A DNA stretch of 64,000 bases from Alkalispirochaeta sp. (lineage in GTDB: Bacteria; Spirochaetota; Spirochaetia; DSM-27196; Alkalispirochaetaceae): contig CBDESZ010000031.1 in assembly GCA_965242725.1 (NCBI GenBank), forward strand, positions 32,001-96,000. The letters are read 5' to 3'. The translations under genes and the position numbers were made by a program. Under the pieces are notes generated by a model. The model made no database searches. It was not told the DNA's origin and worked only from the letters and a program-made list of their open reading frames with translations. This document shows positions 18,201-27,727 of this stretch, in pieces. Positions within the stretch are counted from its first letter, which is position 1, and each line of letters opens with the position of its first letter.

Positions 18201-19373
18201 TTAATCCGCCGCCCGCTCCGCCAGCTTGTAGATCTTTTCCACATCTCCGGCATCAAGTTTGAAGTTGCCCAGTTTTCCAAAGTGGACCGCCGCTTCCGCC
18301 ATTTTTCTGTAGCGGTTGTCCGTAACGCCGAGCTCGGCGAGGGTGGTGGGCATACCGATACGGCGAAAAAACGCGGTGAGGCGGGCGATGCCCTCGTTAA
18401 TGACGCCTTCCTCGTCTTCCGCGCGGTATTCAACGTCCCACACGCGTACGGCAAACTGAATGAAGCGCTGCCGGGCGCGGGAGGAGACGTAGCGCATCCA
18501 TGCGGGAAAGACGACCGCCAGGCCGGCGCCGTGGGTGACGTCGTACTGAGCGGAAAGCTCGTGCTCTATGCGATGACTCGCCCAGTCCTCTTTACGACCC
18601 GTTCCAAGCAAGCCGTTGTGTGCGATGGTGCCGGCCCACATGATCTCCGCACGGGCGGCGTAGTTGTCCGGCTGGTCGAGGACGATGGGAGCGTTTCTTA
18701 TCACCGTCCGGAGCGTCGCCTCGCAGAGGTGGTCGGTAAAGTCGACATTCGGCTCGGGGGTGAAGTAGCGCTCCATGACGTGGGACATGATGTCGGTGAC
18801 GCCTGCCGCAGTCTGGTACGGCGGCAGGGTGAACGTGAGTTCCGGGTTGAGTATTGCAAAACGGGGACGAAGGATGTCGTCGTTCACCGCAAACTTCTGC
18901 ACCGTGTCTTCCCGTGAAATAACCGACCCCATGCTCGCCTCACTTCCGGCGGCAGGGATGGTAAGGACCACACCAAGGGGCAGGGCGGCGACGGGGACGG
19001 CGGCACCTGTGTAAAAGTCCCACACGTCGCCGTCGTATTTCACTCCCGCGGCGATCGCCTTGGCGGAGTCGATAACGCTGCCTCCGCCGACGCACAGAAT
19101 GGCGTCCACCCCTTCGGTGCGGCACAGGGTGATGCCTTCATTGACGAGGGTGAGTCGCGGATTGGGAAGGACTCCTCCCAGTTCCACGTAGGAGACACCG
19201 GCGGCGTCGAGGGAGGCGGTGACCTCTCCGAAGAGGCCGCTCTTTTTGACGCGGTCGCTTCCGTAATGGATGAGGACCTTGTTTCCGATGGCGGCGGTCT
19301 CCGCTCCGACGCGTCCCTGCGTCTCCCGTCCAAAGATTATTTTGGTTGGCGATTGAAATGTGAAATTCTGCAT
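18201..19373 (-). CDS. Iron-containing alcohol dehydrogenase (BdhA-like butanol dehydrogenase)
   Basis: GGGSVIDSAK, TIPAAGSE, HVMERYF, HRIEHELS, HGAGLA. Confidence 0.92.
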   Translation of the reverse strand: MQNFTFQSPTKIIFGRETQGRVGAETAAIGNKVLIHYGSDRVKKSGLFGEVTASLDAAGVSYVELGGVLPNPRLTLVNEGITLCRTEGVDAILCVGGGSVIDSAKAIAAGVKYDGDVWDFYTGAAVPVAALPLGVVLTIPAAGSEASMGSVISREDTVQKFAVNDDILRPRFAILNPELTFTLPPYQTAAGVTDIMSHVMERYFTPEPNVDFTDHLCEATLRTVIRNAPIVLDQPDNYAARAEIMWAGTIAHNGLLGTGRKEDWASHRIEHELSAQYDVTHGAGLAVVFPAWMRYVSSRARQRFIQFAVRVWDVEYRAEDEEGVINEGIARLTAFFRRIGMPTTLAELGVTDNRYRKMAEAAVHFGKLGNFKLDAGDVEKIYKLAERAAD

Positions 19374-19444
19374 GGAGAGATTGTCTCACTTCCCTGTGTA
19401 CGGTGCAAGCGCCCGAATATGAGGCGCCTGATGTACGGGGGTGC

Positions 19445-20470
19445 CTATTCGTTGGCGAGGATCGCCTCGATTTCCGCTACCGCTTCTTCACCAAAAAACA
19501 TTTGAAGCAGCGTCTTATTGACGTTGAGCTGGCCGTCCACGAAACCCCGGTTATAACCATCTTCAGGCGGTTCGCTCAATGCCTGCCGGATGATCTCGAT
19601 TTCGAGGTAGCTTCGAAGCTGACCCATTTCCGTCGCGGGCGGATAGTATTCGCTGGTGGTGAAGAGAGGCCTGTTTTCCTCATCCTCGGAGGCGAGCATT
19701 TCAGATGCGGTGTTACCGTGAGGCAGCAACTCCGTCAGGATGAGCAGTGCTCCGAGGTTTTCTCCGTCCTTTGCCGCGAAGGGGGCAATATCGAGGATGA
19801 TGCTTTTCACATCGTTGAGATGGGAGAGAATTTTATGCTCGCCCACTGAACCCGACTTGTCTTCCGTGAGGACAGCGGAGATGTGGGTGCGGACCATTTC
19901 CGCCGCGCGCGTATCCCGTATGATCACCACCTCGCCGACGGGCCGACCCCACGATTCCTTGGTGGTGAGGCCGATTATGCGTTTTGCCCGATTATTGAGG
20001 TAGCGTACCTTCAACTCCCGGTCAACAACGACAACGCCGTGGGGAAGGGCCTTGAGAATTGAGACGAAGCGTTCCACATTGCGTTCACGTATTTGATCCC
20101 GTCCGTGACGATACCACGCGATTCGCAGGGCGCTCTCCAGCTGCTGTTCCTGGATCGGCTTGAGGAGGTAGGCGTAGGGCTCCGTGATCATCGCCCGCCT
20201 GAGGATTTCGTCACCGGAATACGCCGTGAGAAATATGATGGGTATGTCCGTCGATTTGCGAATCGTCGTTGCCGCTTCCACCCCGTCCATGGCTCCATGC
20301 AGGCGGATATCCATGAGGATGAGATCGGGATTGAGACGATGGGCCATGGTAATCGCCTGTTCTCCGTTGTCAACGACGCCGACGACGGTATGGCCGAGGC
20401 GTTCAAGGTTCTCCTGCAACTCCATGGATACGAGACCTTCGTCTTCTACGATAAGGACATTCTTGCTCAC
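19445..20470 (-). CDS. Response regulator, REC-PAS plus unrecognised C-terminal tail
   Basis: VEDE, LMDIRL, FLTAYS, LLKP; PAS-like segment VVVVD...YLNNRA. Confidence 0.88.
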   Translation of the reverse strand: MSKNVLIVEDEGLVSMELQENLERLGHTVVGVVDNGEQAITMAHRLNPDLILMDIRLHGAMDGVEAATTIRKSTDIPIIFLTAYSGDEILRRAMITEPYAYLLKPIQEQQLESALRIAWYRHGRDQIRERNVERFVSILKALPHGVVVVDRELKVRYLNNRAKRIIGLTTKESWGRPVGEVVIIRDTRAAEMVRTHISAVLTEDKSGSVGEHKILSHLNDVKSIILDIAPFAAKDGENLGALLILTELLPHGNTASEMLASEDEENRPLFTTSEYYPPATEMGQLRSYLEIEIIRQALSEPPEDGYNRGFVDGQLNVNKTLLQMFFGEEAVAEIEAILANE

Positions 20471-22062
20471 TCTTTTCCTCCGTCGGTTCCTACGGGTATG
20501 TGGAACCGAAAACGGGTGCCGCCGGTCCGGCGCAGTTTGAAGGTTGCTCCCAGCTGCTTTGCCAGGACCTTGATGATACGAAACCCTAATGTATCGGGCG
20601 AGGTTACGTCTACCGTGGAGGGAATGCCGACTCCATCGTCTCCCACAACGAGAATATACGCCTCTTCATCGCTCTTCGTCATCTTGACGAGAACCGTCCC
20701 CTCCGACCGTCCTTTGAAAGCGTGTTTAAAGGTGTTGGTGAGAATCTCATTGGTGATAAGCGCACAGGGTACGGCGATGTCTATGGGGAGTGTGATTCCG
20801 TCCGCATCGATTTTCACCGTCAGGGAAAGGTCCTTATGTGCAAGGGATGCGACGAGACCGTCTACCAGCCTCTTGAAATAGTCCTGCGCATCCACGGCGG
20901 CGAGGTCCTGGGAGCGATAAAGGCGGTCGTGCACGAGAGAGAGGGAGTGGACACGTCGTCGAATATCATCGATAACCTCCCTCGCGCGGGCATCGCCTAT
21001 CCTGTTTGCGTTGAGTCCCATGAGACTGGATATGACCTGGAGGTTGTTCTTTACCCGGTGGTGTATTTCATCGAGCATCGCTTCTTTTTCCTTGATCGAC
21101 GCCCGCAGACGCTGCTCCAGTGCTTCACGGCGATCGATCTGCTCCTGGAGGGATATGTTTGTCCGCTTGAGTTCCGCAGTACGCTCCCGTACCCGGTCCT
21201 CCAGCTGGTCGTGGGCCCGCTGCAGAGCTTCTTCAGCGCGGCGCTGTTCCGTCACGTCTGATGCGATGATGACGATGGAGACAATTCCCTCGTCGCTGAC
21301 TGTATGTATCTGGACCGTCACCTTTTTGTCGTTGTGGTCAAAGAGGAGCGGGCCGGCGGTTCCGTTTTCCAGGGCACTGATAACGGCACCGGGGAGGTCG
21401 GCTCCGGCGTCATCGGTAAAGAGGGAGTACAGGTCGGTCGAGAGAAGTTCCTCCTCGGTTTTTCCGAGAAGGTCGGCTGCTGCGGGATTTACGAAGATGA
21501 TCCGTCCCTCCCTTGTCGTTTCGATGATCGATTCAACCATGTTGTTGAGAATGAGTTCGAAATGGCGTTTTGTGGAAAGAAGTTCCCGGGTGATCTCCCG
21601 CTTGTACAGGTTTTCCACTCCGTAGACGCCGCCGGGGCGGGTGCGGGTTATCGTTGTACCAAGCTGGCGCAGAACTGAAAGAACGATTTCGCCCTGTGTC
21701 TTGAAGGGACCTTTTGCGATACACGCGTCAAAACCCCATGAGAGATAATCGATCTCTTCTTCCGATGATATCGCCGAGAGAACGATGAGATAGGTTTCTG
21801 CGAAACGGGATTGACTGCGAATGACCTGACCCAGTTTGTCGCCGCTGATATTGGGCATAATCAGGTCAATGAACATGATGTCAGGAACAAACGACTCCAG
21901 TATCGCCAGCGCGTCCAGACCGTCTGCAGCGGTGGTCACGGTGATTCCCTCATTTTCAAGAAGGATTTTCATGAATGTGCACACCCCCGGATCGTTGTCA
22001 ACGACGAGGGCGGTGCGAATTGTATCGTCAAGTCTGGTATGCTCTGTTGTGGTGGCGGACAC
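20467..22062 (-). CDS. Hybrid sensor kinase, REC-PAS-HisKA_2-HATPase
   Basis: FIDLIMP; EIHHRVKNNLQVISSL; NEILTNTFKHAF; DDGVG; LGF.II. Confidence 0.92.
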   Translation of the reverse strand: MSATTTEHTRLDDTIRTALVVDNDPGVCTFMKILLENEGITVTTAADGLDALAILESFVPDIMFIDLIMPNISGDKLGQVIRSQSRFAETYLIVLSAISSEEEIDYLSWGFDACIAKGPFKTQGEIVLSVLRQLGTTITRTRPGGVYGVENLYKREITRELLSTKRHFELILNNMVESIIETTREGRIIFVNPAAADLLGKTEEELLSTDLYSLFTDDAGADLPGAVISALENGTAGPLLFDHNDKKVTVQIHTVSDEGIVSIVIIASDVTEQRRAEEALQRAHDQLEDRVRERTAELKRTNISLQEQIDRREALEQRLRASIKEKEAMLDEIHHRVKNNLQVISSLMGLNANRIGDARAREVIDDIRRRVHSLSLVHDRLYRSQDLAAVDAQDYFKRLVDGLVASLAHKDLSLTVKIDADGITLPIDIAVPCALITNEILTNTFKHAFKGRSEGTVLVKMTKSDEEAYILVVGDDGVGIPSTVDVTSPDTLGFRIIKVLAKQLGATFKLRRTGGTRFRFHIPVGTDGGKE

Positions 22063-22102
22063 GGGACTACCTTCCTAACGTAATAATCGACAAATCATCC
22101 CA

Positions 22103-24097
22103 CTACCTGAAAGCCCGGCGTTTCCGGGTGAGGAAACCGAGTATTTCGTCACTACCCTGGGGAGGGCCTATATGGGAACCGAGCAGAAAATCGATACGTT
22201 CCTTGGCAAGGGCTTCCGCCTGAATGAGGTTATCCACCCCTTCCGCGGTGAGCGATCGACCGAGGTTCTTGAAGAGAGAGACGGTACCCCGAAGCACGCT
22301 GCGGCCTCTCGGCGTACCCAGACCGGCGTGGACGATCTTCTTATCTATATTCACTTCCGAAAAGGGCATCTCCAGTATCTGTTCAAAATTTGTGTAGTCC
22401 GAACCGTAGCTGCCGAGGGCAAACCGGATACCCGCGGCGGTAAGATGCCCCATCTGTCGTCGCAGGTGTTCACCGCCTTCCACAACTGTTCGTTCCGTTA
22501 TTTCCAGGCAGACGTGGTCCGGCGGCATATGAAGCTCGGCGATGATGCCGAGTATATTCTCCGTCCAATGGGGTTCCACGCAAAAGGAGGGGAAGAGGGG
22601 AAGACGCAACTCTCCGATTCCATATGACCGCATATCATTGTCCACAAACCACAGGCACGCGCGCTGTATCAGAAGCCTGTTGAGCTCCGCCCCCCGTCCA
22701 AATGCCTGCACGGTGCGGACCAGTTCCTGCCGGTCGATGAGGGACAGTCCCGGGCCCATCGACTGCGACCGGGACGGCTGATAATGGCCGATCGGTACGG
22801 GAATACAGACGCTCGTGTCGAGGGTGGTTATACGTTTCTGGGCGGTACCGTATACGGGAAGAAAGACGAGATCAACGTCCCGGTCTGAGATAAAGCGCTG
22901 AAGGTGATCAAAGATGATCTCCTCATGGCTTGTGCGTTGTCGGTGTGCTGTCAGGATCTCATTGTCAATTTTCACGTCCGAATCCGATCGGGTATAGTGT
23001 GAACGGCGGGCGGTCCTCTCAATATGTTCCAGGAGCTCTGCCGGATCAGGAGGAGAGGATGCGGAACGGTAGATCGCGACATTGACGGGTATATCGATCT
23101 GGAGGGGACCGATGGTCCACGGATGGGACGACCGCGCGGTGATGTCATTTGCGAGCGTGTCCGTCCACCGTTCCGATTTCTTGAGCGGCGGGAGTACCGC
23201 AAAAAGACCGTCGTTGAGAATACAACAGAATGCCCCTTTTCCCGCCTGCTCCCGGAGCCACGATGAATAGGCATTTACGATCGCCATAGACGTTTCAATG
23301 TCAAACAGACCCTGGAGTTCACCCATTTCCCGTGAATAGACTACAAGAAACGAGAATTCCCGTTCCTCCCGGTATGAGAGATGCAGCAGATCGATAAAGG
23401 CGTCCCTGTTGTATAAACCTGTCTGACCGTCCCGAAATTCCCGGGCATTTTGTATCGTGAAAAGAATAAAAAGAATGCTCATCGACGCAGAAAAACTTTC
23501 GAGGATGAGACCGCGGAAGATATTCTGGAAGATAATTGCACCTATCGGTACGAGCAGGGCGACGTTGTAATATTTTGAGTGGCGGGCGGGTATCTCCGAC
23601 CGCCGGGAAAAAATCGCGACAAAGGAAATGAAAAAATATATGCCGCCCACTGTATAAAGAGCAGGCATAAACGGTCCGTGTCGGTATGCTGCGATGCCGT
23701 TGACTTCCTGAACCGAAAAGAGGATTCCCGTCCCGATATTGACGACGATGAGAAATAACGATACCGACCACGGAAGGGTGAGGAGGATTCTGAAGGGGCG
23801 TTTCTTTGGGTATTCCCCGGCGGCGTACAGAACGTACATCGCCACCAGCGGCGGAATCGAGTTGTGAAAGAGATAGTATACAGTCGTGGTACCGATGACC
23901 CACATCGGGGAAATCGCCGGCAGGAGATTGATAAAAATGGTGCTGACGGTATCAAAGACGGTGCTTCCCAGAACCAGCCAGATGATACCGCTGAATCTCC
24001 GACCCCGGGAGTCGGGCACCGCTTTCTGGCTGTAATATATCGTGAGAGACAGGAGGGTTATGACGATACCTGCGACACTGAAGTGAACTACGTACAT
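22103..24097 (-). CDS. 7TM membrane protein with degenerate GGDEF and degenerate EAL domains
   Basis: D..TGLYNR present; EAL motif replaced (LDTS); LGSYGSDYT instead of DDFGTGYS; LEITE and AEGV retained. Confidence 0.8.
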   Translation of the reverse strand: MYVVHFSVAGIVITLLSLTIYYSQKAVPDSRGRRFSGIIWLVLGSTVFDTVSTIFINLLPAISPMWVIGTTTVYYLFHNSIPPLVAMYVLYAAGEYPKKRPFRILLTLPWSVSLFLIVVNIGTGILFSVQEVNGIAAYRHGPFMPALYTVGGIYFFISFVAIFSRRSEIPARHSKYYNVALLVPIGAIIFQNIFRGLILESFSASMSILFILFTIQNAREFRDGQTGLYNRDAFIDLLHLSYREEREFSFLVVYSREMGELQGLFDIETSMAIVNAYSSWLREQAGKGAFCCILNDGLFAVLPPLKKSERWTDTLANDITARSSHPWTIGPLQIDIPVNVAIYRSASSPPDPAELLEHIERTARRSHYTRSDSDVKIDNEILTAHRQRTSHEEIIFDHLQRFISDRDVDLVFLPVYGTAQKRITTLDTSVCIPVPIGHYQPSRSQSMGPGLSLIDRQELVRTVQAFGRGAELNRLLIQRACLWFVDNDMRSYGIGELRLPLFPSFCVEPHWTENILGIIAELHMPPDHVCLEITERTVVEGGEHLRRQMGHLTAAGIRFALGSYGSDYTNFEQILEMPFSEVNIDKKIVHAGLGTPRGRSVLRGTVSLFKNLGRSLTAEGVDNLIQAEALAKERIDFLLGSHIGPPQGSDEILGFLTRKRRAFR

Positions 24098-26025
24098 GTG
24101 ATGTCCTGCTTCGCGAGAAAGGAGAGGAAGTCGTCACGGGACAGGGCTCTGGAGAAATAATAACCCTGGACGAGGGAAATCCCGAGCGAGCGGACGAGGT
24201 CCAGCTGATCCTGCGTTTCCACTCCCTCCGCGACGACGGGGATTTTCATTCCCCGAAAGGTGGAAAGGAGTTCCCGAACACCGTTGTATACCGTACCGGA
24301 TTGTTTCATGCGTATGATGAGAGAGCGATCGAGTTTTATCAGGCGGATGGGAAAGTCGAGAAGGACGCCGATGTTTGAATATCCCGTACCGAAGTCATCT
24401 ATCGCAACGGGGAATCCCATCTTTGCCGTTCCGCCGATATTCTCCTTCATCAGATCCGGGAAAAGGGCTGCCGCCGTTTCGGTGATTTCGGGGCAGATAT
24501 CCCGTGGCGACAAGCCATGTCGCTGTACGGCTCTCAGGAGAGAGGTCGTGATATCCGGTTGGATACACTGCAGCGTCGAAATGTTGATTTCCATGTAGTC
24601 AAGACGGAAGCCGCTCTGCCTGAGATGCTTCAGGAAGCGGCACGCCTCCTCCATAACGTACGAACCTATGGCGTTAATGCTGCCGTTGCCCTCGGAAATA
24701 GGAATAAACTCTCCGGGTGAGATTGAACCGAGCTGGGGATCATGCAATCGAATGAGAGCTTCCGCCGATACGACTGCGTTGGATTCTACATCGACAATAG
24801 GCTGAAAATGCAGTTCAAATCCGTCGGAATCAAGCGCCCGCCATACCGCCTGAGCAACGTCGATCCGCCGTTGTGTATCCGACAGGGGGAGATCGGAAAA
24901 GCGGTATATCCGCGAAGTGTTGCCTGGTGATTCTTTTCGACGCAGCTGTCCATATGCGTGAAATATCTGCCGCGTGTCTTCAGTTTCTTCGGGGAAATTG
25001 ATTTCACAGATATTGGCGACGACCATGATGTCCCGGTCTTCGAGATGTACGGGAGAGTTGAAATACCGGAGAAGTTCATCGTGAGTTCTCGCCGAAGGGT
25101 GAGTCGTCCCCTTCCGTACCGGTAGAATCAACGCAAAGTTGCCGGAGGTGAACTGGGCGGCAAAGCGTTCCGGTTTTTGGGGGAGAAAGAGATCGGTGGC
25201 GATCTTCTGCTCCAGATTGTGATATCGGACGGGGCCGAGGGCGCGCCGCAGGTAGTCTCCTCCGGCAAGAGAAATGAGATACAGGGTAAAAGGCGTCCGG
25301 GTACGGTGAAGCAGACCGACCTGAGCGGAGAGGCCGTCCTGATTGTACAGACTGCCTCCCTGATAGATATACCGTCCGAAATCCTGCACCGTCAGAAGGA
25401 TGATAGATTCGGCAATTGCAATACCGAAGTTCTGGACAAGAAGGTCGGGATTGATGAACTGTATGATCGCCGGGCCGAACGGAACGAACAGAAAGAAGTA
25501 GACGGCGGTACGGGTGGCGAGATCGACGCGTTTGCGTTGGGAAAGAAGGCTGATAAGGGTAAGAACGATGTAGATCAGCACCACGCCATAGAGAATGTAC
25601 TGTCCGGGACCCCTGGAATATCCCGATACCGGGTCAATGAGGTACACAAGGCCGGTAACGGGTGACGTGACGATGATAGCGATGCTGCATAACCACGGCA
25701 GGTAACTGAGTATCTTCCTCAGTGCCGGTGTCGTCGGCGGGCGGACACCGAGGGTCAACACAAATAGAAAGAATACCGGCGTGATCGAGTTCTGTCCGAG
25801 GAAGTAAAGGACATTTACGATGTGGTGAAAAGCAAGGGGGTAGGATGTGCCGTATGTATTGGTAACTACCGTAACGATATCCAAAACGGTGGTGAAGAGG
25901 CTTATATACAGCAATGTCGCCATCACCTTGGTCTGTGGGTTGTAGAGCCGGCTTCGCGTGGAGAAGATGAAGAGGTTTATGAGATTGATGATAATGGCAG
26001 CTACATCGTAGTAGATTATACCCAC
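24088..26025 (-). CDS. 7TM membrane c-di-GMP phosphodiesterase (EAL) with degenerate GGDEF region
   Basis: FQPIV, AEALIR, INIS, EITE, IDDFGTGYS, IKLDRS, AEGVET, QGYYFS. Confidence 0.88.
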   Translation of the reverse strand: MGIIYYDVAAIIINLINLFIFSTRSRLYNPQTKVMATLLYISLFTTVLDIVTVVTNTYGTSYPLAFHHIVNVLYFLGQNSITPVFFLFVLTLGVRPPTTPALRKILSYLPWLCSIAIIVTSPVTGLVYLIDPVSGYSRGPGQYILYGVVLIYIVLTLISLLSQRKRVDLATRTAVYFFLFVPFGPAIIQFINPDLLVQNFGIAIAESIILLTVQDFGRYIYQGGSLYNQDGLSAQVGLLHRTRTPFTLYLISLAGGDYLRRALGPVRYHNLEQKIATDLFLPQKPERFAAQFTSGNFALILPVRKGTTHPSARTHDELLRYFNSPVHLEDRDIMVVANICEINFPEETEDTRQIFHAYGQLRRKESPGNTSRIYRFSDLPLSDTQRRIDVAQAVWRALDSDGFELHFQPIVDVESNAVVSAEALIRLHDPQLGSISPGEFIPISEGNGSINAIGSYVMEEACRFLKHLRQSGFRLDYMEINISTLQCIQPDITTSLLRAVQRHGLSPRDICPEITETAAALFPDLMKENIGGTAKMGFPVAIDDFGTGYSNIGVLLDFPIRLIKLDRSLIIRMKQSGTVYNGVRELLSTFRGMKIPVVAEGVETQDQLDLVRSLGISLVQGYYFSRALSRDDFLSFLAKQDITCT

Positions 26026-26072
26026 ATTAAAACTCTATTCTGTTTGATTTTTTTATGCAATCGGAGCTGCCC

Positions 26073-26999
26073 CTATTTTCTTTCCGCCAGAAACTGTTGT
26101 ACCCCCTTGGCATCGGGCATCGCCGTCTGTGCTCCTCTACCGGTCACACTGATTGCGGCAACGGCGTTGGCCCTTTCGACCGCTTCGGGACCGATAAATC
26201 CATGTGAGAGCGCCCAGGCGAGACCGCCGTTAAAGGCGTCGCCGGCAGCGGTCGTATCCACCGCCTGGACGGGAAATCCGCGTATCAGCTCAGGCTGGGC
26301 CCGTTCCGTATCGGCGAGATAAGCACCCCGGGCTCCCGCCTTGACGACGACATTACGTACGCCCCCTTTCCGAAGGCTGCGGGCGGCCGCAACGAGGCCG
26401 TCGTCGTCGTCCGTCGGTATACCGGTAATGATTGAAGCCTCATGCTCATTGGGGGTGATCCAGTCGATATATGAAAGCACTTCAGAGGGAATTTCTGCCG
26501 CCGGGGCCGGATCGAGGACGACGGTAACTCCCCGTTCATGCATCGCCTGAGCCGTTTCCCACACCGATTCAAGAGGTATTTCCAATTGGAGGAGGAGAAT
26601 GTCCCCTCGCTGAGCTTTGGACAGATCATGAAGGATTGCCTCCCGTGTCATGTGACCATTGGCACCGGGGACGATGACAATTCTATTCTGGCCGGTTTGA
26701 TCCACCTCAATAAGTGCCGTCCCGGTCGGAAGGTCCCTGACTGCCTGAACACCGGAAATGTCCGCCCCCGATTCCGCAAGTGACGCACGGTAACGGGATC
26801 CGAACTGGTCGTCTCCAACCCTGCCGATAACGCGGGGATTTCCTCCCAGACGGGCGAGGGCCATCGCCTGATTGCCTCCCTTGCCGCCAAGGTACGTCGA
26901 GAATGACGTGCCGCGGAGCGTTTCCCCCGGTTTGGGAAATCTTTCCACACCAACGACGAGATCAACATTCAAACTCCCTGCAACCCAGATTGCGGCCAT
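26073..26999 (-). CDS. rbsK: Ribokinase
   Basis: GSLNVD, GGKGGNQA, LLQLEIP, PNEHE, DTTAAGDAFNG. Confidence 0.9.
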   Translation of the reverse strand: MAAIWVAGSLNVDLVVGVERFPKPGETLRGTSFSTYLGGKGGNQAMALARLGGNPRVIGRVGDDQFGSRYRASLAESGADISGVQAVRDLPTGTALIEVDQTGQNRIVIVPGANGHMTREAILHDLSKAQRGDILLLQLEIPLESVWETAQAMHERGVTVVLDPAPAAEIPSEVLSYIDWITPNEHEASIITGIPTDDDDGLVAAARSLRKGGVRNVVVKAGARGAYLADTERAQPELIRGFPVQAVDTTAAGDAFNGGLAWALSHGFIGPEAVERANAVAAISVTGRGAQTAMPDAKGVQQFLAERK

Positions 27000-27111
27000 T
27001 CGATCCTCCTATTGGGTGAGTATAGTATCGTACTCTTCCGAGTACCAAGGGGTCGATTCCACGACGTGCCGCCACCGTTGCGGATTGACGCGGTACGCAC
27101 AGCCCCGGTGG

Positions 27112-27585
27112 TCACCGTGTCACGTCTCCGACATTCCCGCCGGTCAGCGCAAGAAGATCGTGAGGTGAAATTTCAATCTGGAGACCCCGCTTTCCCCCGT
27201 TAATGAAGACGGTGTCGAATATATATGCAGCCTCATCGATGAACGTCTTGAACTCCGATTTCATCGCGAACGGTGAGCATCCGCCAGGTACATATCCGGT
27301 TACCGCCTTCAGCTCCCGTAACGGCAGCATGGCGATCTCCCTCCGTCCTGCAACGGCCGATGCCTTTTTGAGATCCAGCTCCATATTCCCGGGGATACAG
27401 AACACGTAATGGCGTCCGTCGTCACCGTACGTGACGAGGGTCTTAAACAGCCGTCCCCCATCGATATGCAGTACGGCGGCAACAGAGGCGGCGTCGCGAT
27501 GATCCGGATCATCTGTGTATTCGTGGATGGTGTAAACGGTGTTGTGGCGTTCAAGCAGCCTCAGGGCATTCGTTTTTCCTGCCAT
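27112..27585 (-). CDS. ybaK: Cys-tRNA(Pro) deacylase
   Basis: TNALRLL, LFKTLV, TGYVPGGCSP, GGKRGLQI. Confidence 0.9.
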   Translation of the reverse strand: MAGKTNALRLLERHNTVYTIHEYTDDPDHRDAASVAAVLHIDGGRLFKTLVTYGDDGRHYVFCIPGNMELDLKKASAVAGRREIAMLPLRELKAVTGYVPGGCSPFAMKSEFKTFIDEAAYIFDTVFINGGKRGLQIEISPHDLLALTGGNVGDVTR

Positions 27586-27638
27586 TGCGTGTTCCCTCGG
27601 TTCGGAGACTCTATCATTTTCCGTCGCCGAAAAAATAT

Positions 27639-27683
27639 TTGACAGGATAATTAAACCGGTTTACTTTGAAATAAACCGGTTTA
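27639..27683 (+). promoter_or_regulatory. Sigma70 promoter with two perfect LacI-type operators TAAACCGGTTTA
   Basis: TTGACA 27639-44, N17, TACTTT 27662-67; palindromes at 27652-63 and 27672-83. Confidence 0.85.
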
Positions 27684-27727
27684 GTAAACAGGTTGTACCA
27701 ATAAATACCTGTAAGGAGGATAGTGCG

